A DNA stretch of 64,000 nt from Thermoplasmata archaeon (GTDB lineage: Archaea > Thermoplasmatota > Thermoplasmata > Lutacidiplasmatales > UBA184): the NCBI GenBank assembly GCA_021816865.1, contig JAKAWX010000003.1:110960-174959 (forward strand), in the 5' to 3' direction. Of this stretch, positions 37,429 to 46,394 are shown in pieces; position 1 is the first letter of the stretch; each line of letters begins with the position of its first letter. Position numbers and translations under genes: made by a program. The notes under the pieces are model-generated. The model saw nothing but the letters and a program-made list of their open reading frames with translations, was not told the DNA's origin and did no database searches.

Positions 37429-38732
37429 GGGGAACCCTCCCGGCAAGCCCGGAACGCCGCCCGGAGCGCCGGCGCCGCCCGTTCGACCTCGGCGGGTCCC
37501 GTCGCCATCGAGACGAACGCGGTCTCGAGGGCCGACGGCGGCAGGTAGATCCCGCGGTCGAGCGCGACATGGAAGAACCGGGCGTAGCGGGCGCGGTCGG
37601 TCGTCTCGGCCCCCTCCACGTTCGTGATCGGTCCCGGCGCGAAGAAGAGCCCGAGCATCGAGCCGGCCCGCTGGAGCGTGAACGGCTCGGCGCGGAGTTC
37701 GGCGGCCGACTCGACGAGCACGCGCTCGAGAAGGCGAGAGGTCTCCTCAAGCCTGCGGTAGCGCGAGTCCGTGAGCGCGTCGAGGGTGGCGATGCCGGCG
37801 GCCATCGCGACCGGGTTGCCGGCGAGCGTGCCGGCCTGGTAGACGGGTCCGACGGGGGCGACGACCTCCATCACCGCCCGTCGGCCGCCGTACGCCGCCA
37901 CGGGCATCCCGCCCCCGATCACCTTGCCGAGCGTGACGAGGTCCGGGCGCAATCCGAGCGTCTCGCCGATGGTTCCCCGGCGCAGACGGAAGCCCGTGAT
38001 CACCTCGTCCGCGATGACGAGCGCCCCGGCTCGGTGCGCGAGGTCCGAGACCGCCGCGAGAAACCCGGGGCGCGGAGGGACCACCCCCATGTTGCCGGCG
38101 ACCGGCTCGACCACGACCGCGGCGACCGATTCACCCCAGCGCTCGAAGAGCCGGCGGAGTGCGTCGGGGTCGTTGTACCGCGCCACCAGAGTCTCCCCCG
38201 CGATCGCCCGCGGGACCCCGGCGGAATCCGGGAGCGACCCCGCGGCAACTCCCGAACCGGCTCGGGCGAGCAGGCCGTCCGAATGTCCGTGGTACCCGCC
38301 CGCGAACTTGACGATCTTGGAGCGGCCCGTGCGGCCTCGCGCCGCCCGGATCGCGCTCATCACCGCCTCGGTCCCCGAGCTCACGAAGCGCAACCGTTCC
38401 AAGGTCGGGACCGCGCCCTTGATCCGCTCGCCGAGCTCGTGCTCGAGGACGCTCGGCGCCCCGAACGAGAGCCCTCGGGACGCGGCCCGTTGGACCGCTC
38501 CCACGACCGACCGGGGCGCGTTGCCGAGGAGGTTCGCCCCCCACGAGCCGACGAGGTCGAGGTAGCGTCGGCCGTCCTCGTCGACGAGATACGGCCCGCG
38601 GCCGCGCACAAAGAAGACCGGGCTCCCGCCGACCGCGGCGAACGACCGGACCGGGCTGTCGACCCCGCCGACGAGCGTGCGCGCGGCCCTCCGGAACAGG
38701 GCCCGGGACCGGGGGCCGGCGCCCCGGCTCAC
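37425..38732 (-). CDS. hemL: Glutamate-1-semialdehyde 2,1-aminomutase
   Basis: GGVDSPVR, SSGTEAVM, GGYHGH, DEVITGFR, LGKVIGGGMP and YQAGTLAGNP motifs; start re-called at GTG 38732. Confidence 0.96.
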   Translation of the reverse strand: MSRGAGPRSRALFRRAARTLVGGVDSPVRSFAAVGGSPVFFVRGRGPYLVDEDGRRYLDLVGSWGANLLGNAPRSVVGAVQRAASRGLSFGAPSVLEHELGERIKGAVPTLERLRFVSSGTEAVMSAIRAARGRTGRSKIVKFAGGYHGHSDGLLARAGSGVAAGSLPDSAGVPRAIAGETLVARYNDPDALRRLFERWGESVAAVVVEPVAGNMGVVPPRPGFLAAVSDLAHRAGALVIADEVITGFRLRRGTIGETLGLRPDLVTLGKVIGGGMPVAAYGGRRAVMEVVAPVGPVYQAGTLAGNPVAMAAGIATLDALTDSRYRRLEETSRLLERVLVESAAELRAEPFTLQRAGSMLGLFFAPGPITNVEGAETTDRARYARFFHVALDRGIYLPPSALETAFVSMATGPAEVERAAPALRAAFRACREGSP

Positions 38733-39475
38733 GGGAGGCCGTCCGCGAGGTCGAGCGCCCGCCTCGGGGAGGTCCGGACGCACGTGAAGATCGGGGTCTC
38801 GAGGGCCGTGTACCGGCTCGCTTCCGACGGCCGGAGGTCGTTCACGAGGTCGAGGAACTCGTCCGGGCGGTCGGCCTCGAACGCGAGGATGAATTCCATG
38901 TCGTCGAGACCGAACGAGTAACCGGTGTGGATGTCGACACGGGGGTACTTGTGGCCGATGCGGAAGTGCTCGCCCATGATGCGGCGGCGCTCCTCGAACG
39001 GAAGGCCGTACCACTCCCGCTTCTTCACGAACGGGTAGACGAAGAGGTACGGCCGATCGCCGGGGCGACGCCGGGTGCCGGTCCCCTCGCCTCCGTGCGC
39101 GTGCGCGCCGAGGTACTCCGACTTTCGGGCCATCCCGAGGTAGGAGTAGGGGGTCGCGAGGAACGGCCCGAGCCCGGTGCCGAGGACGCGGGCGTGAAGC
39201 GTCTGGACCGGCTCGAGCGCCGGCGCGACCGACCAGACGAGGAAGTCGACCCCGGCCTTCAGCCCGACCGTCGAGTAGGTGCCTACGAGGACGTTCTCGG
39301 GGGGGTGCTCGAGCACTTCGACGAGCGCGGCCTTTCCCGCCTCCCGCTCCGGTCGGGGGAGGCGCCGCCACCCCGGCTCCACGCGGTAGAAGGTGTACTT
39401 GACGACGTCCCGGGGCTCCTCCGTCCCGGGAGCGTCATCGGCCGCGCCCGGTCGGGACGGGGTCGGGTCGGTCAC
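38729..39475 (-). CDS. chdC: Coproheme decarboxylase ChdC/HemQ (chlorite dismutase superfamily)
   Basis: YPFVKKREWY, ERRRIMGEH..IG and YSFGLDD.EF motifs; lies inside the heme cluster. Confidence 0.88.
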   Translation of the reverse strand: MTDPTPSRPGAADDAPGTEEPRDVVKYTFYRVEPGWRRLPRPEREAGKAALVEVLEHPPENVLVGTYSTVGLKAGVDFLVWSVAPALEPVQTLHARVLGTGLGPFLATPYSYLGMARKSEYLGAHAHGGEGTGTRRRPGDRPYLFVYPFVKKREWYGLPFEERRRIMGEHFRIGHKYPRVDIHTGYSFGLDDMEFILAFEADRPDEFLDLVNDLRPSEASRYTALETPIFTCVRTSPRRALDLADGLP

Positions 39476-40491
39476 CGGTCCTCCCGGAGCCAGCGGACCG
39501 CGTCGCGCGCGAAGTAGGTGACGATGAGGTCGGCGCCGGCTCGGCGGATAGCGACGAGCGTCTCGCGGGCGGCCTTCTCGAGGTCGACGATCCCGCGGGC
39601 GGCGGCGGCGTGGATCGTCGCGTACTCGCCGCTTACCTGGTACGCCGCGAGCGGGAGGTCGAAGCGGTCCCGCGCCCTCGCGAGCAGGTCGAGGCTCGTG
39701 AGGGCGGGCTTCACCATCAGGATGTCCGCTCCCTCGGCGGCGTCGAGCGCCATCTCCCGGAGGGCTTCGCGGCCGTTGCGGGCGTCCATCTGGTAGCCGG
39801 CACGGTCACCGAATTCGGGGGCCGACCCCTCGATCTCCCGGAACGGCCCGTAGAAGGCCGAGGCGTGCTTGGTCGAGTACGCCAGGACGCCGGTCCCCTC
39901 GTAGCCGGCATCGTCGAGGGCGTGCCGGATCGCACCGACCTGGCCGTCCATCATGGCGCTCGGGGCCACGACGTCGGCGCCCGCGCGCGCGTGCGCGAGC
40001 GCGACGCGCTGAAGCCGTTCGACGGACGCGTCGTTCGCCACATCGCCGTCCTTCACGACCCCGCAATGGCCGTGGGTCGTGTAGGCGCACAGGCAGACGT
40101 CGGTCGCCACCACCAGGTCCGGAGCCGCCTTCTTGAGCGCCCGAACCGCCTCGGGGACGAGGCCGGTGTCGGACCACGCGTCGCTTCCCTCGGCATCCTT
40201 CGTGCGGGCGACCCCGAAGAGCAGGACGGACCGCACCCCCTCCGAGGCGAGCGTGCGGCCGAAGGGGCCGATCCGTCCGAGCGGGTACCTCGCAACGCCC
40301 GGGCACGACGGGACCGGGGTCGGGCCCCCTCCGCCCGGTCGGACGAACAGCGGGAGCACCCATCGGTGGCTCTCGAGATCGGTCTCGGCGATCCAGTCCC
40401 GAAGGGCGGCCGTGCGACGCATGCGTCGAGGCCGGACGACGGCCGAGGGGCGCGCGGGCCGGCCACCGTGCTCGATGACTCGGGAGTTCAT
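39472..40491 (-). CDS. hemB: Porphobilinogen synthase (ALA dehydratase, Zn type)
   Basis: RPRRMR, DVCLCAYTTHGHCG, PSAMMDG, FYGPFR, MVKPA and AYQVSGEY motifs; start re-called at ATG 40491. Confidence 0.96.
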   Translation of the reverse strand: MNSRVIEHGGRPARPSAVVRPRRMRRTAALRDWIAETDLESHRWVLPLFVRPGGGGPTPVPSCPGVARYPLGRIGPFGRTLASEGVRSVLLFGVARTKDAEGSDAWSDTGLVPEAVRALKKAAPDLVVATDVCLCAYTTHGHCGVVKDGDVANDASVERLQRVALAHARAGADVVAPSAMMDGQVGAIRHALDDAGYEGTGVLAYSTKHASAFYGPFREIEGSAPEFGDRAGYQMDARNGREALREMALDAAEGADILMVKPALTSLDLLARARDRFDLPLAAYQVSGEYATIHAAAARGIVDLEKAARETLVAIRRAGADLIVTYFARDAVRWLREDR

Positions 40492-41234
40492 TCGATCCCC
40501 GCGGGGAGAAGTGGGCGCGTAAAGCGTTGTGCCGTCAGCGAGGGCGTGACGGAGATGCGGACAAAGCCGGCGGCCCGTGCGGCTCGGGCCGAGCGCGGTC
40601 CGATCACGACCAGCCGGACGCGGCGGGCGAGCCGGGCGAGCGAGGGCGGGTCGAGGGCGGCGACCAGCGCGCGGAGGGCGGAGGGGCTGCTCGCAACGAT
40701 CAGGTCCGCGCGCGCGAGACGGGCGCGTTCCGCCCGCCCGAACCGGGCCCGCAGCCTCGTCCGATAGACGACGACGTCCGTTACCGTGTGGCCGCGAGCG
40801 CGAAGGGCGCGAGCCAGGGACGGCCCCGCCCGGTCGGAGCGGAACCGCAAGATCCGCCGCCGCCCCCGGCCGATTGCCCGGGCGACGGCCGCCCCACCGA
40901 GCCCCGGCGGCTCCCGCACGTTCGTGACCCCGACCGACCGCAGCGTCGCGGCGGTTGCGGGTCCGCTCGACCAGTACCGCACGCGGCGGGCCCGTCGGCC
41001 CTCCTCGCGCCACGGGACCACGCCGGCAAGGACGCCGGATCGGCTCGTGACCACGACGTCGTCGACCGCGCCGAGCGCCGAGAGGGGCGGGCGCCACGCG
41101 GACGGGGGGAGCGGTACCGGTTCGACCACCACGAGGCGAGTGACCTTGGCCCCCCCGACGCGAAGCGCTTCGACGATCGGCTCGAGGGCGTTCGGTCCGG
41201 TGAGCAGCACGACCCGCACGCGACCGTGAGGCAC
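40488..41234 (-). CDS. hemD: Uroporphyrinogen-III synthase
   Basis: VVTSRSGV, GPATAATL, VYRT, SSPSA and VIGPRSA motifs; position between hemC and hemB. Confidence 0.82.
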   Translation of the reverse strand: MPHGRVRVVLLTGPNALEPIVEALRVGGAKVTRLVVVEPVPLPPSAWRPPLSALGAVDDVVVTSRSGVLAGVVPWREEGRRARRVRYWSSGPATAATLRSVGVTNVREPPGLGGAAVARAIGRGRRRILRFRSDRAGPSLARALRARGHTVTDVVVYRTRLRARFGRAERARLARADLIVASSPSALRALVAALDPPSLARLARRVRLVVIGPRSARAARAAGFVRISVTPSLTAQRFTRPLLPAGIE

Positions 41235-41243
41235 GAGCTCCTC

Positions 41244-42149
41244 CTACCGGGTCTGGGCCAGGATCTCGTCCCCCCCGGCGGAGAGCACGGCGCGGCCCAA
41301 CGAGCGGCCGATCGCCTCCGCGTTCGAGGTCGGTCCCCGGCGGCTGGCGCGAACGCTCCGTCGACCGTCCGGCGCGAGGACCTCGCCCACGAGCGAGAGC
41401 CTCGCTCCCCGAACGGTCCCGAGGGCGGCGAGCGGAGACCGACAGTCCCCGCCGAGCTCGGCGGAGAACGACCGTTCGGCGAGGACGGCCGCGCGGGTGG
41501 CAGGGTGGTCGAGGGCCGCGGCGACCCGTTCGGACGGACCGTCCCCCTCCCGAACGGCCACGACCAGCGCTCCCTGGCCGGGCGCCGGCAGGTACTCCCG
41601 GGTGGGAAGGACCCGACCGATCGACCGGGTTCGGTGGAGGCGGGCGAGACCGGCGACGGCCAGCACGATCGCATCGACGCTCCCGTCCCGGACGAGCCCG
41701 AGGCGCGTTCCGACGTTGCCGCGCACTTCCTCCACGACGAGGTCGGGGCGGCGTCGGAGGAGCTGGGCCCGGCGCCGCACGCTGCTCGAGCCGACACGCG
41801 CGCCTTTCGGGAGCCGGCCGGGCGCCACTCCGCGGCGGACGACGAGGCAGTCGCGGGGGTCGGCCCGACGTACGAAGGCCGCGAGGCGGAGGCCGGAAGG
41901 GAGGATCGACTCCACGTCCTTGGCGCTGTGCACCGCGAGGTCGATCTCGCCGCGTGCGAGCGCGAGGTCGATCGCATCGGTGAAGTCGGGCGAGCCGCCC
42001 GCCGCGGTCTCCCGGTCCCCGCTCGTCACGATCGGGACCGGGCGGAACCGCATCTCGGGGAACCGCCGAACGAGTCGACGCACCACCTCGTCCGTCTGGA
42101 GGAGCGCGAGCGGGCTGCGACGCGTCCCGATCCTCACCCGCTCGGTCAC
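41244..42149 (-). CDS. hemC: Hydroxymethylbilane synthase (porphobilinogen deaminase)
   Basis: RIGTRRSPLALLQ, DLAVHSAKD, GSSSVRR, RGNVGTRL, PAPGQGAL and GGDCRSP (cofactor Cys); start re-called at GTG 42149. Confidence 0.94.
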   Translation of the reverse strand: MTERVRIGTRRSPLALLQTDEVVRRLVRRFPEMRFRPVPIVTSGDRETAAGGSPDFTDAIDLALARGEIDLAVHSAKDVESILPSGLRLAAFVRRADPRDCLVVRRGVAPGRLPKGARVGSSSVRRRAQLLRRRPDLVVEEVRGNVGTRLGLVRDGSVDAIVLAVAGLARLHRTRSIGRVLPTREYLPAPGQGALVVAVREGDGPSERVAAALDHPATRAAVLAERSFSAELGGDCRSPLAALGTVRGARLSLVGEVLAPDGRRSVRASRRGPTSNAEAIGRSLGRAVLSAGGDEILAQTR

Positions 42150-43423
42150 GGGTCGAGCGTCGCGGGATCGAACAGCTCGAGGGCGAACCGCCGCAGCCGT
42201 TCCCCCTCCGGACCGGGCGGCAACGAGCGCAGCCGCTCGGTGGGCGAGAGGAGGAGTCGCGCGACCAAGCGGCGCGTCAGGCGGTCGACCGCCACCTCCT
42301 GTTCGGCCGTAAGCGTCCCGAGGAACGGGCGGGCGCGCTCCAGCTCGGAGCGCCGGAGGGTCTCGATCGCGCTCCTCAACACGTCGATCCACGATTCGAG
42401 GGCCCGACGTTCGAACTCGCGGTAGTGCCGGTCGACCGCCTCGTCCAGACGGACGTCGGAGTCAACGTCCGTGGGTCCCGGGTGGCGGTGGGCGCCCAGT
42501 TCTCCAAGGTCGACCAGCTGGACGTTCGGGGCTCCCCGGACCGCGGGGTCGATGTTTCGGGGCACTCCGAGGTCGATCAGGACGAGCGGCCGGGAGGAGG
42601 GAAGGTCGCCCCCATCGAGGCACCGCTCGCCGCTCTTCGCGGCCGCGATGACGCCGTCGGCGACGGCGAGCTCATCGGCGAGCTCCGGGACTCGGACGGC
42701 CCGGGCACCGGTCCCGCGGAGGAACCGGTCGTCCGGGACTCGTTCGCGATAGACGACCGTGACACGGGCGGAGCTCGCGAGGCACTCGGTGACCTGGCGG
42801 CCCACTGTCCCGGCACCGATGACGACGACCCGGGGGAACGGCCGGGCGACTCGCTCGAGGAGGGCCGTCGCGGCGATCGCCGCGATCGACTGCGACGACG
42901 GCACCGAAGGCGCGAGCTCGTCCGCGGTCGCCGCCGCCGACTCGAGGAGCTCGCGAAGGAGGGGCCGGGGGTGTCGGCTCCAGGTCCGGCGCGCGGCCGA
43001 CCGTACCTGGTCCCGCACTTCACGTTCGCCGACCGCGAGCGACCGGCGGCCCGCCGCGACCTCGAACAGGTGATGAGCGGCCTCGCGGCCGGAGCGAATC
43101 CTCCACGCCGTCGGATCCCCCGGAAGTCGTCCCAGCCACCGGTCCGCTTCCTTCGGGTCGCAAGTGACCCCGTAGAGCTCTACTCGGTGGCACGTGACGA
43201 GCAGCGCCACCTCCCCGGTCGGGGCCGGGTCGTCGAACCAACCGTCGACCCGTTGGGCACTGACGGCCCTCGCCACGGCTTCGAGCTCGTCGATCGAGGT
43301 CGTGTCCAGGCTGAGCTCGAGATTGAACAGACGGAGCCGGGTCGGCGCCAAAGGGACGGTGACCGCGGACGCCGGCGTCGGATGAGGGACCGCGGCCACC
43401 CCATCGACGGGAGCAGAGACCAC
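42146..43423 (-). CDS. hemA: Glutamyl-tRNA reductase
   Basis: TCHRVELY, HLFEVAAG..SLAVGE, IGAGTVG and IDLGVPRNID motifs; start uncertain, GTG 43423 chosen because TTAAAG lies about 33 nt upstream. Confidence 0.9.
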   Translation of the reverse strand: MVSAPVDGVAAVPHPTPASAVTVPLAPTRLRLFNLELSLDTTSIDELEAVARAVSAQRVDGWFDDPAPTGEVALLVTCHRVELYGVTCDPKEADRWLGRLPGDPTAWRIRSGREAAHHLFEVAAGRRSLAVGEREVRDQVRSAARRTWSRHPRPLLRELLESAAATADELAPSVPSSQSIAAIAATALLERVARPFPRVVVIGAGTVGRQVTECLASSARVTVVYRERVPDDRFLRGTGARAVRVPELADELAVADGVIAAAKSGERCLDGGDLPSSRPLVLIDLGVPRNIDPAVRGAPNVQLVDLGELGAHRHPGPTDVDSDVRLDEAVDRHYREFERRALESWIDVLRSAIETLRRSELERARPFLGTLTAEQEVAVDRLTRRLVARLLLSPTERLRSLPPGPEGERLRRFALELFDPATLDP

Positions 43424-43672
43424 GGGCCCTCGACCGGCAGGGAACGCCCGCCCGACTTTAAGTGTCGAGGTACGAACGACGAAACCTCGTGCCCGGGGTG
43501 GGCCGCCGGGAACCTGGGGGCCGACCGGTCCGAGGCTCCGTATTCCGCCTTCCCCGCCGGGGTTCCTTCCCTCGCCACCGGAGCGAAAACACCCCTCGCC
43601 TCTACCTCCACGGCCCGGCGGCCCAACTTCGGGAACCCTCTTACTTTCCGAGAGCATGGACATGAGACGGCG

Positions 43673-44923
43673 ATGTCGGAGCCGGCCGCGCCGCGATCCC
43701 CGAACGCCCCGCCCGGGACTCCCCCGTCTCCGTCGCCCCGGGTCGCCCCGACAGGGAGAGCGCGGACGGCTCACGGGTTGCCGTTCTTCACCGCGGTCGG
43801 GTCGGCGCTGGTGATGCTGCTCCTCGTGCTGGCGATCGTGCTCGCCCCCTTCCTCGGGCCCCCCGGCGGCGCCCCAGGCTCGGGGGACCTACTTTCGTTC
43901 ACGGAGGCGAGGGGCATCGCCGACCGGCTCCTCGGGGGCATCGGGAGCGTCCCGTGGAACCTTCTGGACGCCGGTGGAGTGCTTTCCTCTACGGTCCTGA
44001 CCTTGCCTTCGAGCTTCGCCGTGCTCGAAAATGCCACGCTGGGAGGGCTTTCGTGCAGCACGGTCCCGGGTCCCACCAACCTCTCGGTACCGGGGAGCAA
44101 CGCGAGCCGAAGCGACGGAATCGCACCGATCTGGCTGTTCACGTACGGGGAGGCTTCCGCTTTCGCCGAGGTCGCGGTCGTCGGCGGCGTCGCACATCTC
44201 TTGCTCGACTACAGCGGACCTTGCGGGTCCTTGCTCGCGGGATCGGAACGGACGGTGCCCCCGCAAGCGATCGACAGCACCCGGGCCGCGAGAGATGCGG
44301 CTCCCTTCGTCACGCCGTATCTCCGGCTGCATCCGTACGCCAACGAAGTCATCAGCCTCTTCGGGGGGTTCAACTCTTCCGCGAACCTGTCGAGTCCAGC
44401 CACCTGGTCGATCCTCCTCACGACCTGCCCGCTCTCCTCGAGCGGCCCGGCATCGGGGTCGGTGGCCTACGCCAGCCTGAACGCGACCTCCGGCGCGCCG
44501 CTCGGCAACTCGACCCTCGACCAGACCTCGTGCCCGGGCGCTCCCCTGCTGGCTTCGGCGCTCTCCTTCGGTTCCCCGGTGACCGTCCCCTCGGGAAACC
44601 TCACGACCGTCTCGTTCGCGGTCACGTCCGCCGCCGACGGAGTCCGCTGGGCGAACCTCTCGGCCCAGCTCCAGAACAGCGTCGGTGCGACGGTCTCTTC
44701 GGGGTGGAACCTTACGGCCGTCACGGCCGACGGGCGAACGATCTCGACGTACAACGTGGCGACAGGACTCTGGTCGAGCGGAGGCACCCAGCCGATCGAG
44801 GTCGGGGACTCCCTGGTGCTGGTGACCCTGATCGGCCTGGTGAGCGGGCCGGTCGGATTGCAGGGATTCCTCATCCTCAACGGGGTCGGGGGATTCGGCG
44901 GGTCGATCGCGCTGTTCCTTTGA
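43673..44923 (+). CDS. Membrane-anchored surface protein (N-terminal TM, Ser/Thr/Gly-rich beta domains)
   Basis: Pro-rich N-terminus, TM helix, Cys pairs and many N-x-S/T sequons; start re-called at ATG 43673. Confidence 0.75.
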   Translation: MSEPAAPRSPNAPPGTPPSPSPRVAPTGRARTAHGLPFFTAVGSALVMLLLVLAIVLAPFLGPPGGAPGSGDLLSFTEARGIADRLLGGIGSVPWNLLDAGGVLSSTVLTLPSSFAVLENATLGGLSCSTVPGPTNLSVPGSNASRSDGIAPIWLFTYGEASAFAEVAVVGGVAHLLLDYSGPCGSLLAGSERTVPPQAIDSTRAARDAAPFVTPYLRLHPYANEVISLFGGFNSSANLSSPATWSILLTTCPLSSSGPASGSVAYASLNATSGAPLGNSTLDQTSCPGAPLLASALSFGSPVTVPSGNLTTVSFAVTSAADGVRWANLSAQLQNSVGATVSSGWNLTAVTADGRTISTYNVATGLWSSGGTQPIEVGDSLVLVTLIGLVSGPVGLQGFLILNGVGGFGGSIALFL

Positions 44924-45120
44924 CCCATCGGTCCGATGGGGTCGGGAGAACGCGGGGAGGCCGAAGGTCGGTTCGGCCCCTCGTCCAGCCGGAAGGCCCG
45001 GGGACCACCCGATGGCGCCGCCCGGGACAGCTTCTCCCGGGGGTACCGCCACCGCCGGTTCGGTTCGGTGCGGGCTCAGGACCGGGGCGCGACACGTCCG
45101 GAGTCCGGGTCCCAACAGCA

Positions 45121-45131
45121 GGTTTTTATCC
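45121..45131 (+). promoter_or_regulatory. Putative TATA box for the flotillin-GTPase module
   Basis: GGTTTTTATCC, the clearest AT-rich element in the 44924-45370 gap. Confidence 0.45.
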
Positions 45132-45200
45132 CCATCCATGCGTATCAACGTCCACGGACCCCGCGTCACGCGGGAGCCGGCCGAAAGGGAGGGGGAACGA

Positions 45201-45389
45201 TTGACCCGCACGCATCGACAGGGTTCGGGGACGTCGGGCCACCCTTCGTTCGGCGATTTTTCGGCAGAGTCGGTTGAGATCGCTAGCCCCGCCCGGGTCG
45301 ACGGCTGGCCACCGGAGCGCGACACGTTTGCCGTGCGTCGCGCGCCGTTCGGTCCTCGGCAGGGCGGAGCATGGGGATCCCAGACCTAG
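45201..45389 (+). CDS. Possible short leader ORF (62 aa)
   Basis: TTG start behind GGAGGGGG; stop overlaps the SPFH gene start; no motif. Confidence 0.2.
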   Translation: MTRTHRQGSGTSGHPSFGDFSAESVEIASPARVDGWPPERDTFAVRRAPFGPRQGGAWGSQT

Positions 45390-46369
45390 CGTTTCCGCTC
45401 CTGGCCTCGTCCGCGGTCGCGGCGACCGTGGGAATCGCGCTCTATGCGCTCTACGCCCGATGCTATCTGGCCGTTCCCCCAAACCGGGCCCTTGTCCTCT
45501 ACGGGCGGCGGGCCCCGGCGCGCCGCCGCGACCTCGTGGGCCGGGCCGAGGGGATCGAAGTGCGTTCGCCGCGCGTCGTGGTCGGTGGCGGAGCGTTCGT
45601 GGCGCCCTGGGAAAAGGGAGTGGGCCACCTCTCCCTCGACCCGGTGGCCGTGGACGTCCCCGTACGCACCGTGCACGCCCTCGAGGGGATCCACGCCACC
45701 GGCTGGGAGGCCCGCCTCGCGATCGAAGCGAAGATACCCGCCGAGCCCGCGCTCCTCGCGACCGCGGCCGAGAACTTGCTCGGCCGCAGCGAGGACGAGG
45801 TCCGCGCGATCGTCCGACGGGCGGTCGAAGACGTGGTGCCGGGACTGCTCGCCCGCTTAGGACCGGGGGACGGCGAGCCGGACTGGGATCATCTCGCCGC
45901 CGAGGTCGAGGCGTCGGTCGCCGCGGACCTGGTCGGGTGGGGGCTTATCGTCCGGCGGCTCAGCTTCACCCAGCTCCACCGCATCCTCCCCGCCGAGCCC
46001 GCGTCGGCGAGCGGGCCCGCGAAGACGGTCCCGGTCCTCCCCTCGACGCCCGGTCCGAGGGAGCTCGCGGCGGCCGTGGGCCGGCTCGAGGCCCGGCTCG
46101 TCCGGGCCGAGCGCAGCCTCGGGCTCGTCGGGGCCGAGGTCCTGCGCCTGCGCCAGGAGGCGCCCGGCGCGTTCGATGGGATCCCGCGGCCGTCCGTCCT
46201 CGACCTTCCCCTCGGGTACGGGATTCCGGTGGACCTCGGAGGGACGGAGGGGACCTTCGTCTCCGATCACGATTCGATGGGGGGCGAGCCTTCGCTCCGA
46301 CCCCGCCCGGCACCGATCGGTGCCGGACCGGGGGAGGGAGGGCGCGGGCCGCGACCCCTGTTGGATTGA
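45371..46369 (+). CDS. Flotillin-like SPFH (band 7) membrane protein, C-terminally shortened
   Basis: N-terminal TM; Y..VPPNRALVLYG, RVVVGGGAFV.P, LSL....VDV, AAENLLG and V..DL...GL.V signatures; only a short coiled coil follows. Confidence 0.8.
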   Translation: MGIPDLAFPLLASSAVAATVGIALYALYARCYLAVPPNRALVLYGRRAPARRRDLVGRAEGIEVRSPRVVVGGGAFVAPWEKGVGHLSLDPVAVDVPVRTVHALEGIHATGWEARLAIEAKIPAEPALLATAAENLLGRSEDEVRAIVRRAVEDVVPGLLARLGPGDGEPDWDHLAAEVEASVAADLVGWGLIVRRLSFTQLHRILPAEPASASGPAKTVPVLPSTPGPRELAAAVGRLEARLVRAERSLGLVGAEVLRLRQEAPGAFDGIPRPSVLDLPLGYGIPVDLGGTEGTFVSDHDSMGGEPSLRPRPAPIGAGPGEGGRGPRPLLD

Positions 46370-46394
46370 ACCGAGCAAGGAGAGAACGAGAACC

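Noticed and set aside
38729-39475. Chlorite dismutase for (per)chlorate respiration
   Set aside because: No signal peptide and embedded in a heme biosynthesis operon with hemE; coproheme decarboxylase fits better
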